Assembly: GCA_963752595.1 (NCBI GenBank)
Contig: CAVVYZ010000008.1
Coordinates: 1 to 64,000, forward strand
Direction of reading: 5' to 3'
Source: an uncultured delta proteobacterium
GTDB taxonomy: Bacteria > Desulfobacterota > Desulfomonilia > UBA1062
DNA length: 64,000 bases
This document shows positions 31,236-40,881 of this stretch, piece after piece (position 1 is the stretch's first letter; every line of letters starts with the position of its first letter). The translations under genes and the position numbers were made by a program. The notes below the pieces were generated by a model. The model saw nothing but the letters and a program-made list of their open reading frames with translations. It had not been told where the DNA came from and ran no database searches.

Positions 31236-32225
31236 ATGAAAAAGATCGTTTTACTGCTTGCACTCACTGTATTTTTTACCGGCCCATGTTTTGCGTACCA
31301 TATCGAAGTGCTCCAGGTTTCAAAGATCAGCGCTTTTGACGATGCCTATAATGGATTTATCGATGAGCTTGGAAAGAACGGCCTTGTGGTGGGGAAGAAC
31401 CTTACGGTTAAAAGGCGTGTAATCGATGCGAGTGCGGATGCCGGTCTCTTGAAGAAGATGATGATCCTTTTGAAAATCAAGTCTACCACTTCCGACATCG
31501 TGAGTGCAAAACCCGACCTGGTGCTCACCATCAGCACGCCTGCAACGAAGTATTCCATGGATAAGATAATCGGCGCCGGCATCCCGCTCGTGTTCTCATG
31601 CGTGGCAAACCCGCCCATCATCGGATGCCAGTCCGTAGCACAGCCCTCTAAAGGGCTCACAGGCGCAACTCTGTACCAGGATCCTCTCACATTCCTTGTG
31701 CTTGCCCAGATGGCGAAACCGGGTCTCAAGACCATAGGTCTCATCCACAGCGACGATGACAATGCCATAGCCTTTGCCCAGGAAATATCACGCAAGGCAT
31801 CAAGCTTAGGGGTTACCATCCTCGCCAAGCAGGTTGAGAGATCGGCTTCGATAAAACCCGTTGCCCAGGCGCTAGTCAAGGCCGGTGTCGATTCTTTCGC
31901 TATTCCCCTCGATGCGTGGTACGGGCTCCGCAATCAGGAGCAGGGCAAGGCTCTTTTTGCCATAGCCAAAGAGAACAAGCTCCCGGTTTTTGCTTTTGCC
32001 AACTACGATGAAAAGGGTGCAGTCCTCTATGCAGGCCCGGACTTCGGGTACATAGGAAGGCTATCGGGAAAGCAGGCCGTTGCCATTCTCAAGGATGGAA
32101 GGAAGCCCGAATCTTTGCCGATCCTCAAGCAGGAAGAGCTTAGTATCTATGTGGACAACGACATCGCACAAGAGCTCGGCATCAAGATCTCCGACCGTTT
32201 GTTGAAAGCTGCCAAGGTCAGATGA
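31236..32225 (+). CDS. ABC-type substrate-binding protein, paralog of 29511..30527
   Basis: IEVLQV, KPDLVLTISTPATKY, GIPLVF, GKQAVAILKDGRKPESLPI. Confidence 0.8.
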   Translation: MKKIVLLLALTVFFTGPCFAYHIEVLQVSKISAFDDAYNGFIDELGKNGLVVGKNLTVKRRVIDASADAGLLKKMMILLKIKSTTSDIVSAKPDLVLTISTPATKYSMDKIIGAGIPLVFSCVANPPIIGCQSVAQPSKGLTGATLYQDPLTFLVLAQMAKPGLKTIGLIHSDDDNAIAFAQEISRKASSLGVTILAKQVERSASIKPVAQALVKAGVDSFAIPLDAWYGLRNQEQGKALFAIAKENKLPVFAFANYDEKGAVLYAGPDFGYIGRLSGKQAVAILKDGRKPESLPILKQEELSIYVDNDIAQELGIKISDRLLKAAKVR

Positions 32226-32303
32226 TCGCAATACAGCAGCATCAAAGCAGGGGGCACGAAGGAACAGCAGGAAGACGCATCCGGATACTGAATATATTTA
32301 TTG

Positions 32304-33278
32304 TCAGCGCCTGATCTTTCCCGGTAGGATGTATGGATAGGGCTTGTCCAGAATTCTGACATGCAGAAACCTGTCGAGTTTCCTGAAACCCAGGAACAGG
32401 CTCCAGATGAATGCATCCTCGCGGTAGTACGCCCTCACTTCCTTGAAGGTAATGGGCTTAAAATCCGGACCGGCAGGCTCCATGCCGAGGAAGCGGTTGG
32501 CTTCTTCGATGAACGGCCGGACGAGATCATGCCGCTTCTCCTTGAACAGGTTGGCAATGAGATCCACCACGGCCATCCGCGGGTCATAGTAGCGGGAAAT
32601 GACATCCTGGAGAAAGAGGCATTTGATGAACCACACCAGAAAAGAGGGGGCGCTCCTCAGGAAGAGGTCGGTGTTCAGTTGCTCAAGCCCGCCGATCCTC
32701 ATCAGCGGCGTGCTGGTATCGATATAGACCAGCCGGATATCCTCATCGTTCAGGCGTTCCGGCGTCGATTCACACAGCATTGCCCAGTTGGAGATCTGGG
32801 AATCGATGGCAATCTCGACCAGGCCTTGCGACCTGTTATACTCCCAAACCTTTTTCATCTCGCGCAAAACGGCCCGAAATAGCAGGAGGATGGATTCATA
32901 ATCCAGCCGGTGAAGGAGCTGGTTGCAGATCGAGCCTTCGGCCATCTTCTCCTGGATGCAGTAGACCACTTTGTTTCCCTGTGCAGGGGTTATCCTCACG
33001 GTTGAATGAAGGGGTACCAGGATGTCCATATCCTCTTTCAGGGTTCTGTTATACCGGGCAAACAAGCTTTCATACGAATCAATTTCATCTTCCGTCTTGA
33101 AAATGGGGAGCCTTTTGAATGCCAGGCCCTGCTGAGACGGCACCAGGATCTCGAAGATGGTGCTTATCTCTCCATAACCGATGATCCGGGCCGGGATAGA
33201 GCTTTCATGGGGTTTCTGGGGGTTGAGGCCTTCTTCGAAGCGCCTGAGAAGCTCGATATTGATCCTGTCTTCGCACAT
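32304..33278 (-). CDS. Uncharacterised protein with kinase-like motif order (resembles DUF6206 from memory)
   Basis: GYGEIS, LAFK, DSQISN, YIDT in protein-kinase-like order. Confidence 0.6.
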   Translation of the reverse strand: MCEDRINIELLRRFEEGLNPQKPHESSIPARIIGYGEISTIFEILVPSQQGLAFKRLPIFKTEDEIDSYESLFARYNRTLKEDMDILVPLHSTVRITPAQGNKVVYCIQEKMAEGSICNQLLHRLDYESILLLFRAVLREMKKVWEYNRSQGLVEIAIDSQISNWAMLCESTPERLNDEDIRLVYIDTSTPLMRIGGLEQLNTDLFLRSAPSFLVWFIKCLFLQDVISRYYDPRMAVVDLIANLFKEKRHDLVRPFIEEANRFLGMEPAGPDFKPITFKEVRAYYREDAFIWSLFLGFRKLDRFLHVRILDKPYPYILPGKIRR

Positions 33279-33290
33279 ACCCGATCCTTG

Positions 33291-34550
33291 TCAGCCCAGG
33301 CCGAGGAATCTTTTCGTGTCCAGGAGTGCCCTGTCGATCCGTTCGATGATCTCGAAGGCGATGTCCGTATCGATGACAAGCGGCGGGAGGAGCTGGCTCA
33401 CCCTGGGGTTGTTGTTGGCATAGATGCTTAAGACCCCGTTATCGTAGCATGCCTTCGACATGATGGGGCCGCAATGATCGTTCACCATCTCGATGCCCAT
33501 CATGAGGCCGAGCTGCCTGAAACGTACGAGGATCTCCGGATGCTTCGTCTTGAGGTCTTCAAAGCCGTTTGCGAAGATCCGTGCAAGCTCCCGGACATGG
33601 CCCAGAAATTCGGGCCGCGAAGATTCTTCGAGCACGGCCAGAGCCACCGGGCAGCCTACCTCAGCACCGCCGAAGGTCGAAACATGGATAAAGGGATTCT
33701 GTTTGAAAAAGGCTTCGAGCTCGGGCCTGAAACACGTCGCCGTCATGGGGTAAATACCCCCGGAAAGCCCTTTACCGATCACCATGATGTCCGGAACGAC
33801 CGCATAATGATCGATGCCCCAGAGCTTCCCGGTCCTTCCGAGGCCTGTCTGCACCTCGTCGATGATGAGAAGAGCGCCTGCATCTCTGCATTTATCCTGC
33901 ACACGGGCGTAAAAGTCCTTATCCGGGATGGGCATCCCCGCGGTGGCAGGGATGGTCTCAAAGACCACTGCCGCCGTCTCGCAGTCGATCTCACGGGACA
34001 GCGCAGGGATATCGCCAAAGGGTATCTGGACAAATCCGGGAGGGTGAGGCCCGAAGGGCTTCCGGTATTGCTCATCGCCTGCTGCCAGCGCCAGGCCCGT
34101 ATGGCCGTGATATCCTCCGCGGGCTGATATGATCTTGAGCCTGCCCGTATATCCCCGGGCGAGCTTTATGGCCAGGTCCATGGCCTCGCCGCCGCCGACG
34201 CCGAATACGGTATAGCTTATATCTCCGGGCGTGAGCTGGGCAAGCCTGCTCGCGAGCAGGGCTCTCTGTTCGCTCACCATGTGGTGATTACCGATATCGT
34301 ACCGGTCGAGGCTGTCTTTGAGTGTCTGTATGATCGAGGGATTTCGATGCCCGAGATTGAAAACGCCGCCGTTGCAATGGCAGTTTATAAGCCGCTTCGT
34401 GCCGCCTACATCCCAGACAAAAGGACCCTGCCTTTTGCCGAAGACGAAATCGATCCCCGCATCTGTGAAAAAGCCGGCCTTTCCGCTGGAGACATGCCGG
34501 GAGAAGAGCTCGAATATCCCTTTCTTCTGATCATCACCATCCGTTGTCAT
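33291..34550 (-). CDS. Class III PLP aminotransferase (putrescine/acetylornithine aminotransferase-like)
   Basis: GGGEA, GYHG, LIIDEVQTGLGRTG, GKGLSGG (PLP Lys), STFGG. Confidence 0.9.
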   Translation of the reverse strand: MTTDGDDQKKGIFELFSRHVSSGKAGFFTDAGIDFVFGKRQGPFVWDVGGTKRLINCHCNGGVFNLGHRNPSIIQTLKDSLDRYDIGNHHMVSEQRALLASRLAQLTPGDISYTVFGVGGGEAMDLAIKLARGYTGRLKIISARGGYHGHTGLALAAGDEQYRKPFGPHPPGFVQIPFGDIPALSREIDCETAAVVFETIPATAGMPIPDKDFYARVQDKCRDAGALLIIDEVQTGLGRTGKLWGIDHYAVVPDIMVIGKGLSGGIYPMTATCFRPELEAFFKQNPFIHVSTFGGAEVGCPVALAVLEESSRPEFLGHVRELARIFANGFEDLKTKHPEILVRFRQLGLMMGIEMVNDHCGPIMSKACYDNGVLSIYANNNPRVSQLLPPLVIDTDIAFEIIERIDRALLDTKRFLGLG

Positions 34551-34782
34551 GGATGCCCTCATATGAAACGTTATTCTATAAAAAAAGTGATACTTGGTCG
34601 GCCAAGAAGGTCAATCATTTTGTATCACAGCTTTCTGGTCAGGTCAACGCTGCCGATATGATGAAAATATAAGCAATACCATCTTTGTATAAGCATTTCG
34701 GGGGGATAATTGTCTTGACAATGGGAAAAGTTCTAATATAAGTGTGGACAACCAATATATCAGTAAGGGGGAAATAAGAAGA

Positions 34783-35028
34783 ATGGCTGTAAGTATCAGG
34801 TTGACTCGCGCAGGCGCCAAGAAGAAACCATTTTTCAGGGTCGTGGTTGCTGACTCGAGAAGCAAAAGAGATGGGAGATTCCTGGCAATCGTGGGCCATT
34901 TCAATCCGAAGACCAGGCCGGAAAGCATAACCCTGGACATGGACAGGATAAAGGAATGGGCACAAAAAGGGGGTCAGCTAACTCCGGCAGTACGCAAGCT
35001 CATAAAGGAAAAAGGATATACTCTCTGA
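34783..35028 (+). CDS. rpsP: 30S ribosomal protein S16
   Basis: MAVSIRLTRAGAKKKPFFRVVVADSR..RDGRF. Confidence 0.97.
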   Translation: MAVSIRLTRAGAKKKPFFRVVVADSRSKRDGRFLAIVGHFNPKTRPESITLDMDRIKEWAQKGGQLTPAVRKLIKEKGYTL

Positions 35029-35063
35029 GTTCGACATAAACAAGCATGTGGTGAGGGCATAAG

Positions 35064-35294
35064 ATGAGAGAGTTAATAGAGTACATTGCCAAGGCATTAG
35101 TTGACAATCCGGATGAAGTTGCAGTTTCTGAGGTTGCGGGTGAGGTTACTTCAGTGATCGAACTCAGAGTTGCAAAGTCCGACCTTGGCAAGGTAATCGG
35201 GAAAGAAGGCAGGACTGCCCGGGCAATGAGAACACTGCTTACAGCTGCATCGACGAAAATCAAGAAGAGGGCTGTACTGGAAATCATTGAGTAG
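35064..35294 (+). CDS. khpA: KH-domain RNA-binding protein
   Basis: [22 protein letters not shown]; position after rpsP. Confidence 0.92.
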   Translation: MRELIEYIAKALVDNPDEVAVSEVAGEVTSVIELRVAKSDLGKVIGKEGRTARAMRTLLTAASTKIKKRAVLEIIE

Positions 35295-35801
35295 ATGAAC
35301 ACCGATCTCATCGAGATCGCCAAGGTAACCGGTCCCAAAGGTCTCAAAGGACAGATGTGGATCGCCCCTTACGGGGATTCTTTTCAAAGATTCCGTCTCT
35401 ATTCCCACCTCATCATAGGCAAGCAGGGAGAACCCAGGAAGGTGCTCTCATGCTCTGCATATAAGAATAAATACCTCCTTGCACTTGAAGGCATAACCGA
35501 TATCAGTCAGGTCGAGGACATCAGAGGTGAATCCCTCTATATCTCCCGGGACCAGCTCGAAGAGCCGGGCCCTGATGAATATTACTGGCATGATCTCCTG
35601 GGCATGACTGTCAAAGACACACAAGGCCGCGTGCTTGGAGATCTCATACGGATCTTCAATGCGGGGAGTAACGATGTATACGTGGTGGATGCGGTCAAGC
35701 AATATTACATCCCGGCCACGAAAGACGTGATAAGGGAGGTATCGATGGAAAAGAGGGTCATGGTGATCGATGCCGCTCTTCTCGAGGATCTGCTGGATTA
35801 G
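35295..35801 (+). CDS. rimM: 16S rRNA processing protein
   Basis: GLKG, EYYWHDLLG, GSNDVYVV, IPA. Confidence 0.93.
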   Translation: MNTDLIEIAKVTGPKGLKGQMWIAPYGDSFQRFRLYSHLIIGKQGEPRKVLSCSAYKNKYLLALEGITDISQVEDIRGESLYISRDQLEEPGPDEYYWHDLLGMTVKDTQGRVLGDLIRIFNAGSNDVYVVDAVKQYYIPATKDVIREVSMEKRVMVIDAALLEDLLD

Positions 35802-35856
35802 GCTCTATGCACATTCAGATAGAGAGCTCCGACCAGACTGTTCTGTCCTTCTCAGT

Positions 35857-36531
35857 ATGATTATCAACATCATCAGCCTGTTTCCCGACATGTTCCAGGG
35901 AGTATTCACCGAGAGTATCCTCCACCGGGCGATACAGGGCAGGTTCCTCGAAATTAATATCGTGCATCTGCGGGAATACGGCCTCGGCAGGCACCGGGTA
36001 GTGGATGACACGCCATACGGGGGCGGAGGAGGAATGATCATGAAACCCGAGCCCATTGCCGATGCGCTGGAAAACATCCCGGAAAAGGGACATGTCGTCC
36101 TCACCACACCCAGGGGCAGACTCTTCAGACAGGCGGATGCCTTGCGCCTGAGTTCGCTGGACGTCATGACTATCATCTGCGGGCATTATGAAGGTGTGGA
36201 CGAGAGGGTGAGCGAGCTCTTCGTGGACGAAGAGCTTTCCATAGGGGATTATGTGCTTACCGGAGGCGAGCTGCCGGCAATGGTGATTATCGATACCGTA
36301 GCCCGGCTCATCCCCGGCGTCCTTGGTCATGATACCACAATCAGCGGCGACTCGCATTATGACGGCCTGCTCGAATATCCTCACTATACGCGTCCGCGGG
36401 AATTCAGAGGCCTTGCCGTACCCGAAGTGCTGCTTTCCGGCGACCATGAGCAGATCAACGCCTGGCGTAAATCCATGGCATACCGGAAAACACAGGAAAC
36501 CAGACCTGACCTGCTGGAGAAAAAAAGATGA
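35857..36531 (+). CDS. trmD: tRNA (guanine37-N1)-methyltransferase
   Basis: SLFPDMF, VDDTPYGGGGGM, CGHYEGVDER, SIGDYVLTGGE, YTRP. Confidence 0.96.
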   Translation: MIINIISLFPDMFQGVFTESILHRAIQGRFLEINIVHLREYGLGRHRVVDDTPYGGGGGMIMKPEPIADALENIPEKGHVVLTTPRGRLFRQADALRLSSLDVMTIICGHYEGVDERVSELFVDEELSIGDYVLTGGELPAMVIIDTVARLIPGVLGHDTTISGDSHYDGLLEYPHYTRPREFRGLAVPEVLLSGDHEQINAWRKSMAYRKTQETRPDLLEKKR

Positions 36532-36578
36532 TAAGAACCAGTGGATCTTCACCTTTCTAGGAAGCAAAAGGGCATATA

Positions 36579-37106
36579 ATGCTGTATGTAGGACTGATCC
36601 ACTGGCCGTGCATGGATAAGAACGGTGAGGAGATCGCCACCGCGATAACCAACCTCGATTTGCATGACCTTGCAAGAGTATGCTTGACATATGGTATAAA
36701 TACGCTCTATATCGTTCACCCAAACGATGTCCAATTGTCTTTTGCAAAGAAGATCATGGACCACTGGCTTTTAGGATTTGGAGGCGTATATAATCCGGTA
36801 AGGAAAAGGGCGTTCGAGGTTATTACGTTAGTAAAGGACATCGAAGAAATTAAACGGCAGACTGGTGCATATATGGTGGGGACTTCGGCTGCACGGCTTT
36901 CAAGCTGTCTTTCATGGGCAGATGCAAGGAAACTTGCTTCCGAGAGGGACGTGTGCCTGCTGTTCGGAACAGGGTGGGGCATGGCTCCCAGGCTCCTTTC
37001 GAGCCTCGATGCCGTAATCGAGCCCATAGACGCGGGTACCGGCTTCAACCATATCTCTGTTCGTTCTGCCGTTTCGATAGCAATAGACAGAATCGTTGGG
37101 AGGTAA
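36579..37106 (+). CDS. SPOUT RNA methyltransferase (TrmD-associated)
   Basis: LIHWP..TAITNLDLHDLAR, LFGTGWG, FNHISVRSA. Confidence 0.85.
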   Translation: MLYVGLIHWPCMDKNGEEIATAITNLDLHDLARVCLTYGINTLYIVHPNDVQLSFAKKIMDHWLLGFGGVYNPVRKRAFEVITLVKDIEEIKRQTGAYMVGTSAARLSSCLSWADARKLASERDVCLLFGTGWGMAPRLLSSLDAVIEPIDAGTGFNHISVRSAVSIAIDRIVGR

Positions 37107-37107
37107 C

Positions 37108-37452
37108 ATGAATATCGTTGAGAAATTCGAAAAGGCGCAGATGAAAAGTAATCTGCCGGAAATAAAGATCGGAGACAAGGTGAAGGTCTCCACCAAGATC
37201 GTCGAAGGAACGAGGGAGAGAATCCAGATCTTCGAGGGTGTGGTCATTGCCCGGCACAGGGGAAGCAACCGGGAATCCATAACCGTTCGCAAGCAGTCCT
37301 ACGCAGTCGGTGTGGAAAGGGTTTTCCCTCTGCATGCACCCGTTGTGGATAAAATCGAGGTGATAAGCCACTCCAAGATCAGAAGGGCCAAGCTCTACTA
37401 CTTACGCGCAAAGAAAGGCAAGGCAGCTCGTCTCAAAGAAGTCCGCGGCTAG
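37108..37452 (+). CDS. rplS: 50S ribosomal protein L19
   Basis: RIQIFEGVVI, GVERVFP, RRAKLYYLR. Confidence 0.97.
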   Translation: MNIVEKFEKAQMKSNLPEIKIGDKVKVSTKIVEGTRERIQIFEGVVIARHRGSNRESITVRKQSYAVGVERVFPLHAPVVDKIEVISHSKIRRAKLYYLRAKKGKAARLKEVRG

Positions 37453-37454
37453 TC

Positions 37455-38045
37455 ATGGCCCTTGAGGAATCTCTCATTTCTCAAGGCTACTGGCCCATAT
37501 GCGGTATTGACGAAGCAGGTAGAGGCCCGCTTGCAGGTCCTGTCGTCGCTGCAGCAGTCATTATGGAACCCGGACATGAGCTGAGGCTCAAGGTCAAGGA
37601 TTCCAAGGTGTTATCTGCAGCACGCAGGGCTTCTCTTTTTGATCAAATCATGGAGTCTGCTCACATCCAGGTCGGGGTTTCCATGGTCGATGCCGGCTCC
37701 ATTGATAAAATAAACATTCTCAAGGCCACCTTGAAGGCCATGCGCGAGGCAGTGTTCAAACTCGAGGTGTCGCCTCAATACGCCATCATAGACGGCAACG
37801 TAGCCCCGGAGCTTCCCTGTTTATGCACCGCTGTGATACGGGGAGATCAGCTCGAACCTTCCATCTCTGCAGCCAGTATCGTGGCAAAGGTAGTCCGGGA
37901 CAGGTACATGGAACAGATGGACGCGCTCTATCCGGGGTATGGTTTCGCACAGCATAAGGGATATCCGACACAGGCACACTATGAAGCCATCCGTTCCCTG
38001 GGAGCATGTCCTATCCACAGGAGAAGCTTTCGGGGTGTCTGCTAA
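37455..38045 (+). CDS. rnhB: Ribonuclease HII
   Basis: GIDEAGRGPLAGPV, DSK, IDGN, AASIVAKV, HKGYPT, HRRSF. Confidence 0.96.
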   Translation: MALEESLISQGYWPICGIDEAGRGPLAGPVVAAAVIMEPGHELRLKVKDSKVLSAARRASLFDQIMESAHIQVGVSMVDAGSIDKINILKATLKAMREAVFKLEVSPQYAIIDGNVAPELPCLCTAVIRGDQLEPSISAASIVAKVVRDRYMEQMDALYPGYGFAQHKGYPTQAHYEAIRSLGACPIHRRSFRGVC

Positions 38046-38390
38046 ATCCACACGGGAAAAAGGATCGGGCGGCGAAGAGATTGCCCGGAAATATCTCAAG
38101 ACTTTAGGATACAAAATCCTTGACCTCAATTTTCGGTTGAAGATCGGTGAAGTCGATATCATTGCCCAGGACGGCGACACCATCGTATTCGTCGAAGTAA
38201 AGTCCGCAACTACCGCCCGGTTCGGCAATCCTTGAGCTGGGTGCCCTTCTGGAAGCAGCAACGCATCATCCGGGTATCGGAGGTATATCTAAGCAGGCAT
38301 CGCCTGTATGACTCTCCTGCCCGATTTGATGTGGTGGCCGTCGACCATACAATGAAAATATATCATGTCAAAGACGCTTTCAGGTCCTAA
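38035..38390 (+). CDS. yraN: YraN family nuclease, frameshift near 38230
   Basis: GEEIA..GEVDIIA..IVFVEVK; the second frame gives KQQRII..RFDVVAV..KDAF before TAA at 38388-38390. Confidence 0.85.
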
Positions 38391-38847
38391 GGGGGCCTTT
38401 CTCTGCGACCAGAATCTGGGAAGACTCGCCAGGTGGTTGAGGATGCTGGGCTACGATGCGATATTTATGCGGAAGTGGGATTGGAACAGGATTGAGGATG
38501 CAAAGGCGGAAGGAAGGATATTCCTTACCCGGAAGCGCTCCATGGCCGGAGAAGAGGGCTGTATCGTCATAGAGAACGACCATCTTCGTGAACAGCTCTC
38601 ATTCCTTGATCGCCTCCTAGGCATCCATAATAAAATCCAGCCTTTTTCAAGGTGTAGTGTTTGCAATCTTCCCCTGAAGTGTGTTAAGGCAGATGACGTG
38701 AAAAATCAGGTCCCTGAATACATTTATGCTACCCAGAGGGAATTCGCCGAATGTCCGGGGTGCCTGAGAATCTACTGGAAGGGAACGCATCCGGCCAGAT
38801 CGCTCGATTTATTCAATTCATCCGTAAGGGTAAGTGAGGAGAAATGA
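38365..38847 (+). CDS. Mut7-C RNase domain protein (PIN-like plus Zn ribbon)
   Basis: FLCDQNLGRLARWLRMLGYD, RCSVCN, CPGCLRIYWKGTH. Confidence 0.88.
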   Translation: MSKTLSGPKGAFLCDQNLGRLARWLRMLGYDAIFMRKWDWNRIEDAKAEGRIFLTRKRSMAGEEGCIVIENDHLREQLSFLDRLLGIHNKIQPFSRCSVCNLPLKCVKADDVKNQVPEYIYATQREFAECPGCLRIYWKGTHPARSLDLFNSSVRVSEEK

Positions 38848-39905
38848 CCAAACAAGAAATTGAGGAGAAGCTTCTCGCTCCCCTGAAGGGGAAGCGCAAG
38901 GTTCTCATCATGACCCATGAGAACCCCGACCCGGACAGCATCGCTTCAGCCTTCGGGCTGAAGTACATCTTCAAGAAAACATTAGGCATCACCTCGGTAA
39001 TAGCCTATGGAGGGATCATCGGCAGGGTGGAGAACCGAGCCATGGTGAAGCTCCTGCATATCGATATGCTCCCTTTAAGCGAAGTCTCGATACGGAGCTA
39101 CTCGGTGATCGCGCTGGTGGACTGCCAGCCCCATACCGGCAATGTCTATCTCCCTCCGGGGGTGAACCCCACCATCGTCATCGACCATCACCCGTTGCGC
39201 AAATCCTCTGAAAAAGCAGAGTTCATGGATGTCGCGGAGGGGGATGGGGAGCACCTCCACCATCATTACCCAGTACATCAGACACCTGAACCTGCCTGTG
39301 GACAAGGAAGTCGCTACCGCGCTGTTCTACGGCATCAAGTCCGACACGCGGGACCTGGGCAGGCAGTCCACGGACATCGATGTCAGGCTGTCGATCTTCC
39401 TGTTTCCCTTCATTCTCCAGAAGAAGCTCGCCAGGATCGAGCACCCGGAAATGCCCAGGGAATACTTCGTCAAGCTCTATTCCATCCTGAGCAATGCCAG
39501 GATCTACGGCGATGTAGTCATGGCACGGGTCGATCTCATCGGCTGGCCGGAGATGATCGGCGAATTCGCGGACGAGCTCATCCAGATCGAAGGCATCAGG
39601 TGGTGCCTGTGCTACGGAAGGCACAACGGCTCTCTGATCTTCTCCATCCGGACCACCGGCCGAACTACATGGCAGGGGTGCTTGCGCACAAGATCTGCCA
39701 CGGCATCGGAAAAGGCGGCGGTCACGAGACCTATGCGGCCGGAAAGATCGATCTTGCCCAGGCCCTGAAGAAGGTGAAGGACCCTGAAGATATCCTGCTG
39801 AAGCGGTTCCTGAAAGAGGTCTGCCCTCAGAGGGATGGAACCGACCATGCTCATTGCAAAAGACAAGGTGAAATCAAGCCGTCACAGCCCGAGGTCAATC
39901 CCTAA
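38844..39905 (+). CDS. DHH family phosphoesterase, frameshifted; end approximate
   Basis: HENPDPDSIASA, LVD, IDHH, GIKSDT (second frame), GGGH. Confidence 0.85.
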   Translation: MTKQEIEEKLLAPLKGKRKVLIMTHENPDPDSIASAFGLKYIFKKTLGITSVIAYGGIIGRVENRAMVKLLHIDMLPLSEVSIRSYSVIALVDCQPHTGNVYLPPGVNPTIVIDHHPLRKSSEKAEFMDVAEGDGEHLHHHYPVHQTPEPACGQGSRYRAVLRHQVRHAGPGQAVHGHRCQAVDLPVSLHSPEEARQDRAPGNAQGILRQALFHPEQCQDLRRCSHGTGRSHRLAGDDRRIRGRAHPDRRHQVVPVLRKAQRLSDLLHPDHRPNYMAGVLAHKICHGIGKGGGHETYAAGKIDLAQALKKVKDPEDILLKRFLKEVCPQRDGTDHAHCKRQGEIKPSQPEVNP

Positions 39906-40881
39906 GAGCTCTGCAGCGTAGTTCACCATATTCATGTCTTCGTTCTCGGTCACTTTGGCAGTCCCTAAGGACCGGTCCATGCATCCGGACCTCACGATAC
40001 CCGCGATCTCCCACGCATAGGGGTGGAACTTGAACCGCTCCCGGTGGAGGTAGTTCGCCAGGGCATTCAGGAGGCAGTTGGTGGAATTGGGGTCCGTGTC
40101 TTCCGGCTTGACCCAGCCAAGGGACGCGATCTTCTCCATGATGGCCTCTTCATCATAGTCCGTGAAGGCCAGGGGGTGGATGTTCACCGGCCAGCGGGAA
40201 GCATCCGTCAGGAGGTCCTCATCGCTCAGGAAATAGGGTTTGAGATCATCGCCGATCCGCTCGATGAGCGGGTCCCGGACCGTGCGATGGGAGAAGCGCT
40301 GGAGCCTCGGGTTGGTCTGCATGATGGCCGAACTGATGGGTGCCTGTCCCGGGGACCATCCGAAGGCCACCAGAGGGATATTATAGGACAGCGCGGTCTT
40401 CAGGATCATGGCCTTGACCATGCCGATGCACGTGGTGCAGATGGAGCTTGCCCGGTCAAGGGTCTTGGGGCTGTAGATATCCGTGCCTGCCGCCAGGCCG
40501 AAGGCCTTCTTCATGACCGAAGGGCGGCCTGAAGAATGATGCAGGCGGCGCCGAGGGTGTCGGTCATGTGCAGGATGTTCTTTAGGCCTGATCGGAGACG
40601 AAGCCGTTGTCGAAGACAAAGGCGAGGACCTTCATATCATATGGTTTTCTGAGCGTGTAGAGGGTGTAGGTGGAGTCCTTGCCTCCGCTGAAGGCCAGCA
40701 GAACATCGAAGGAGTGCTTCGACCGTTTGCTTTCGGAGAAGGGCTTCGAATTCTTCAGGTGAGCCTGTTTTTCCTGTGCATCGGGGATAGGGGTATTCCT
40801 GCAGTAGTTGCAGACTCCCGCCTCGTCAAAGGATATCCCGGGAAAGGTATCCGGCAAAACGCATTTGGTGCAATAATTCAT
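39882..40881 (-). CDS. PP-loop N-acetyl-sugar amidotransferase-like protein, frameshifted
   Basis: CTKCVLP..CNYC, SGGKDS, FDNGF, CTTC, STNC. Confidence 0.7.
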
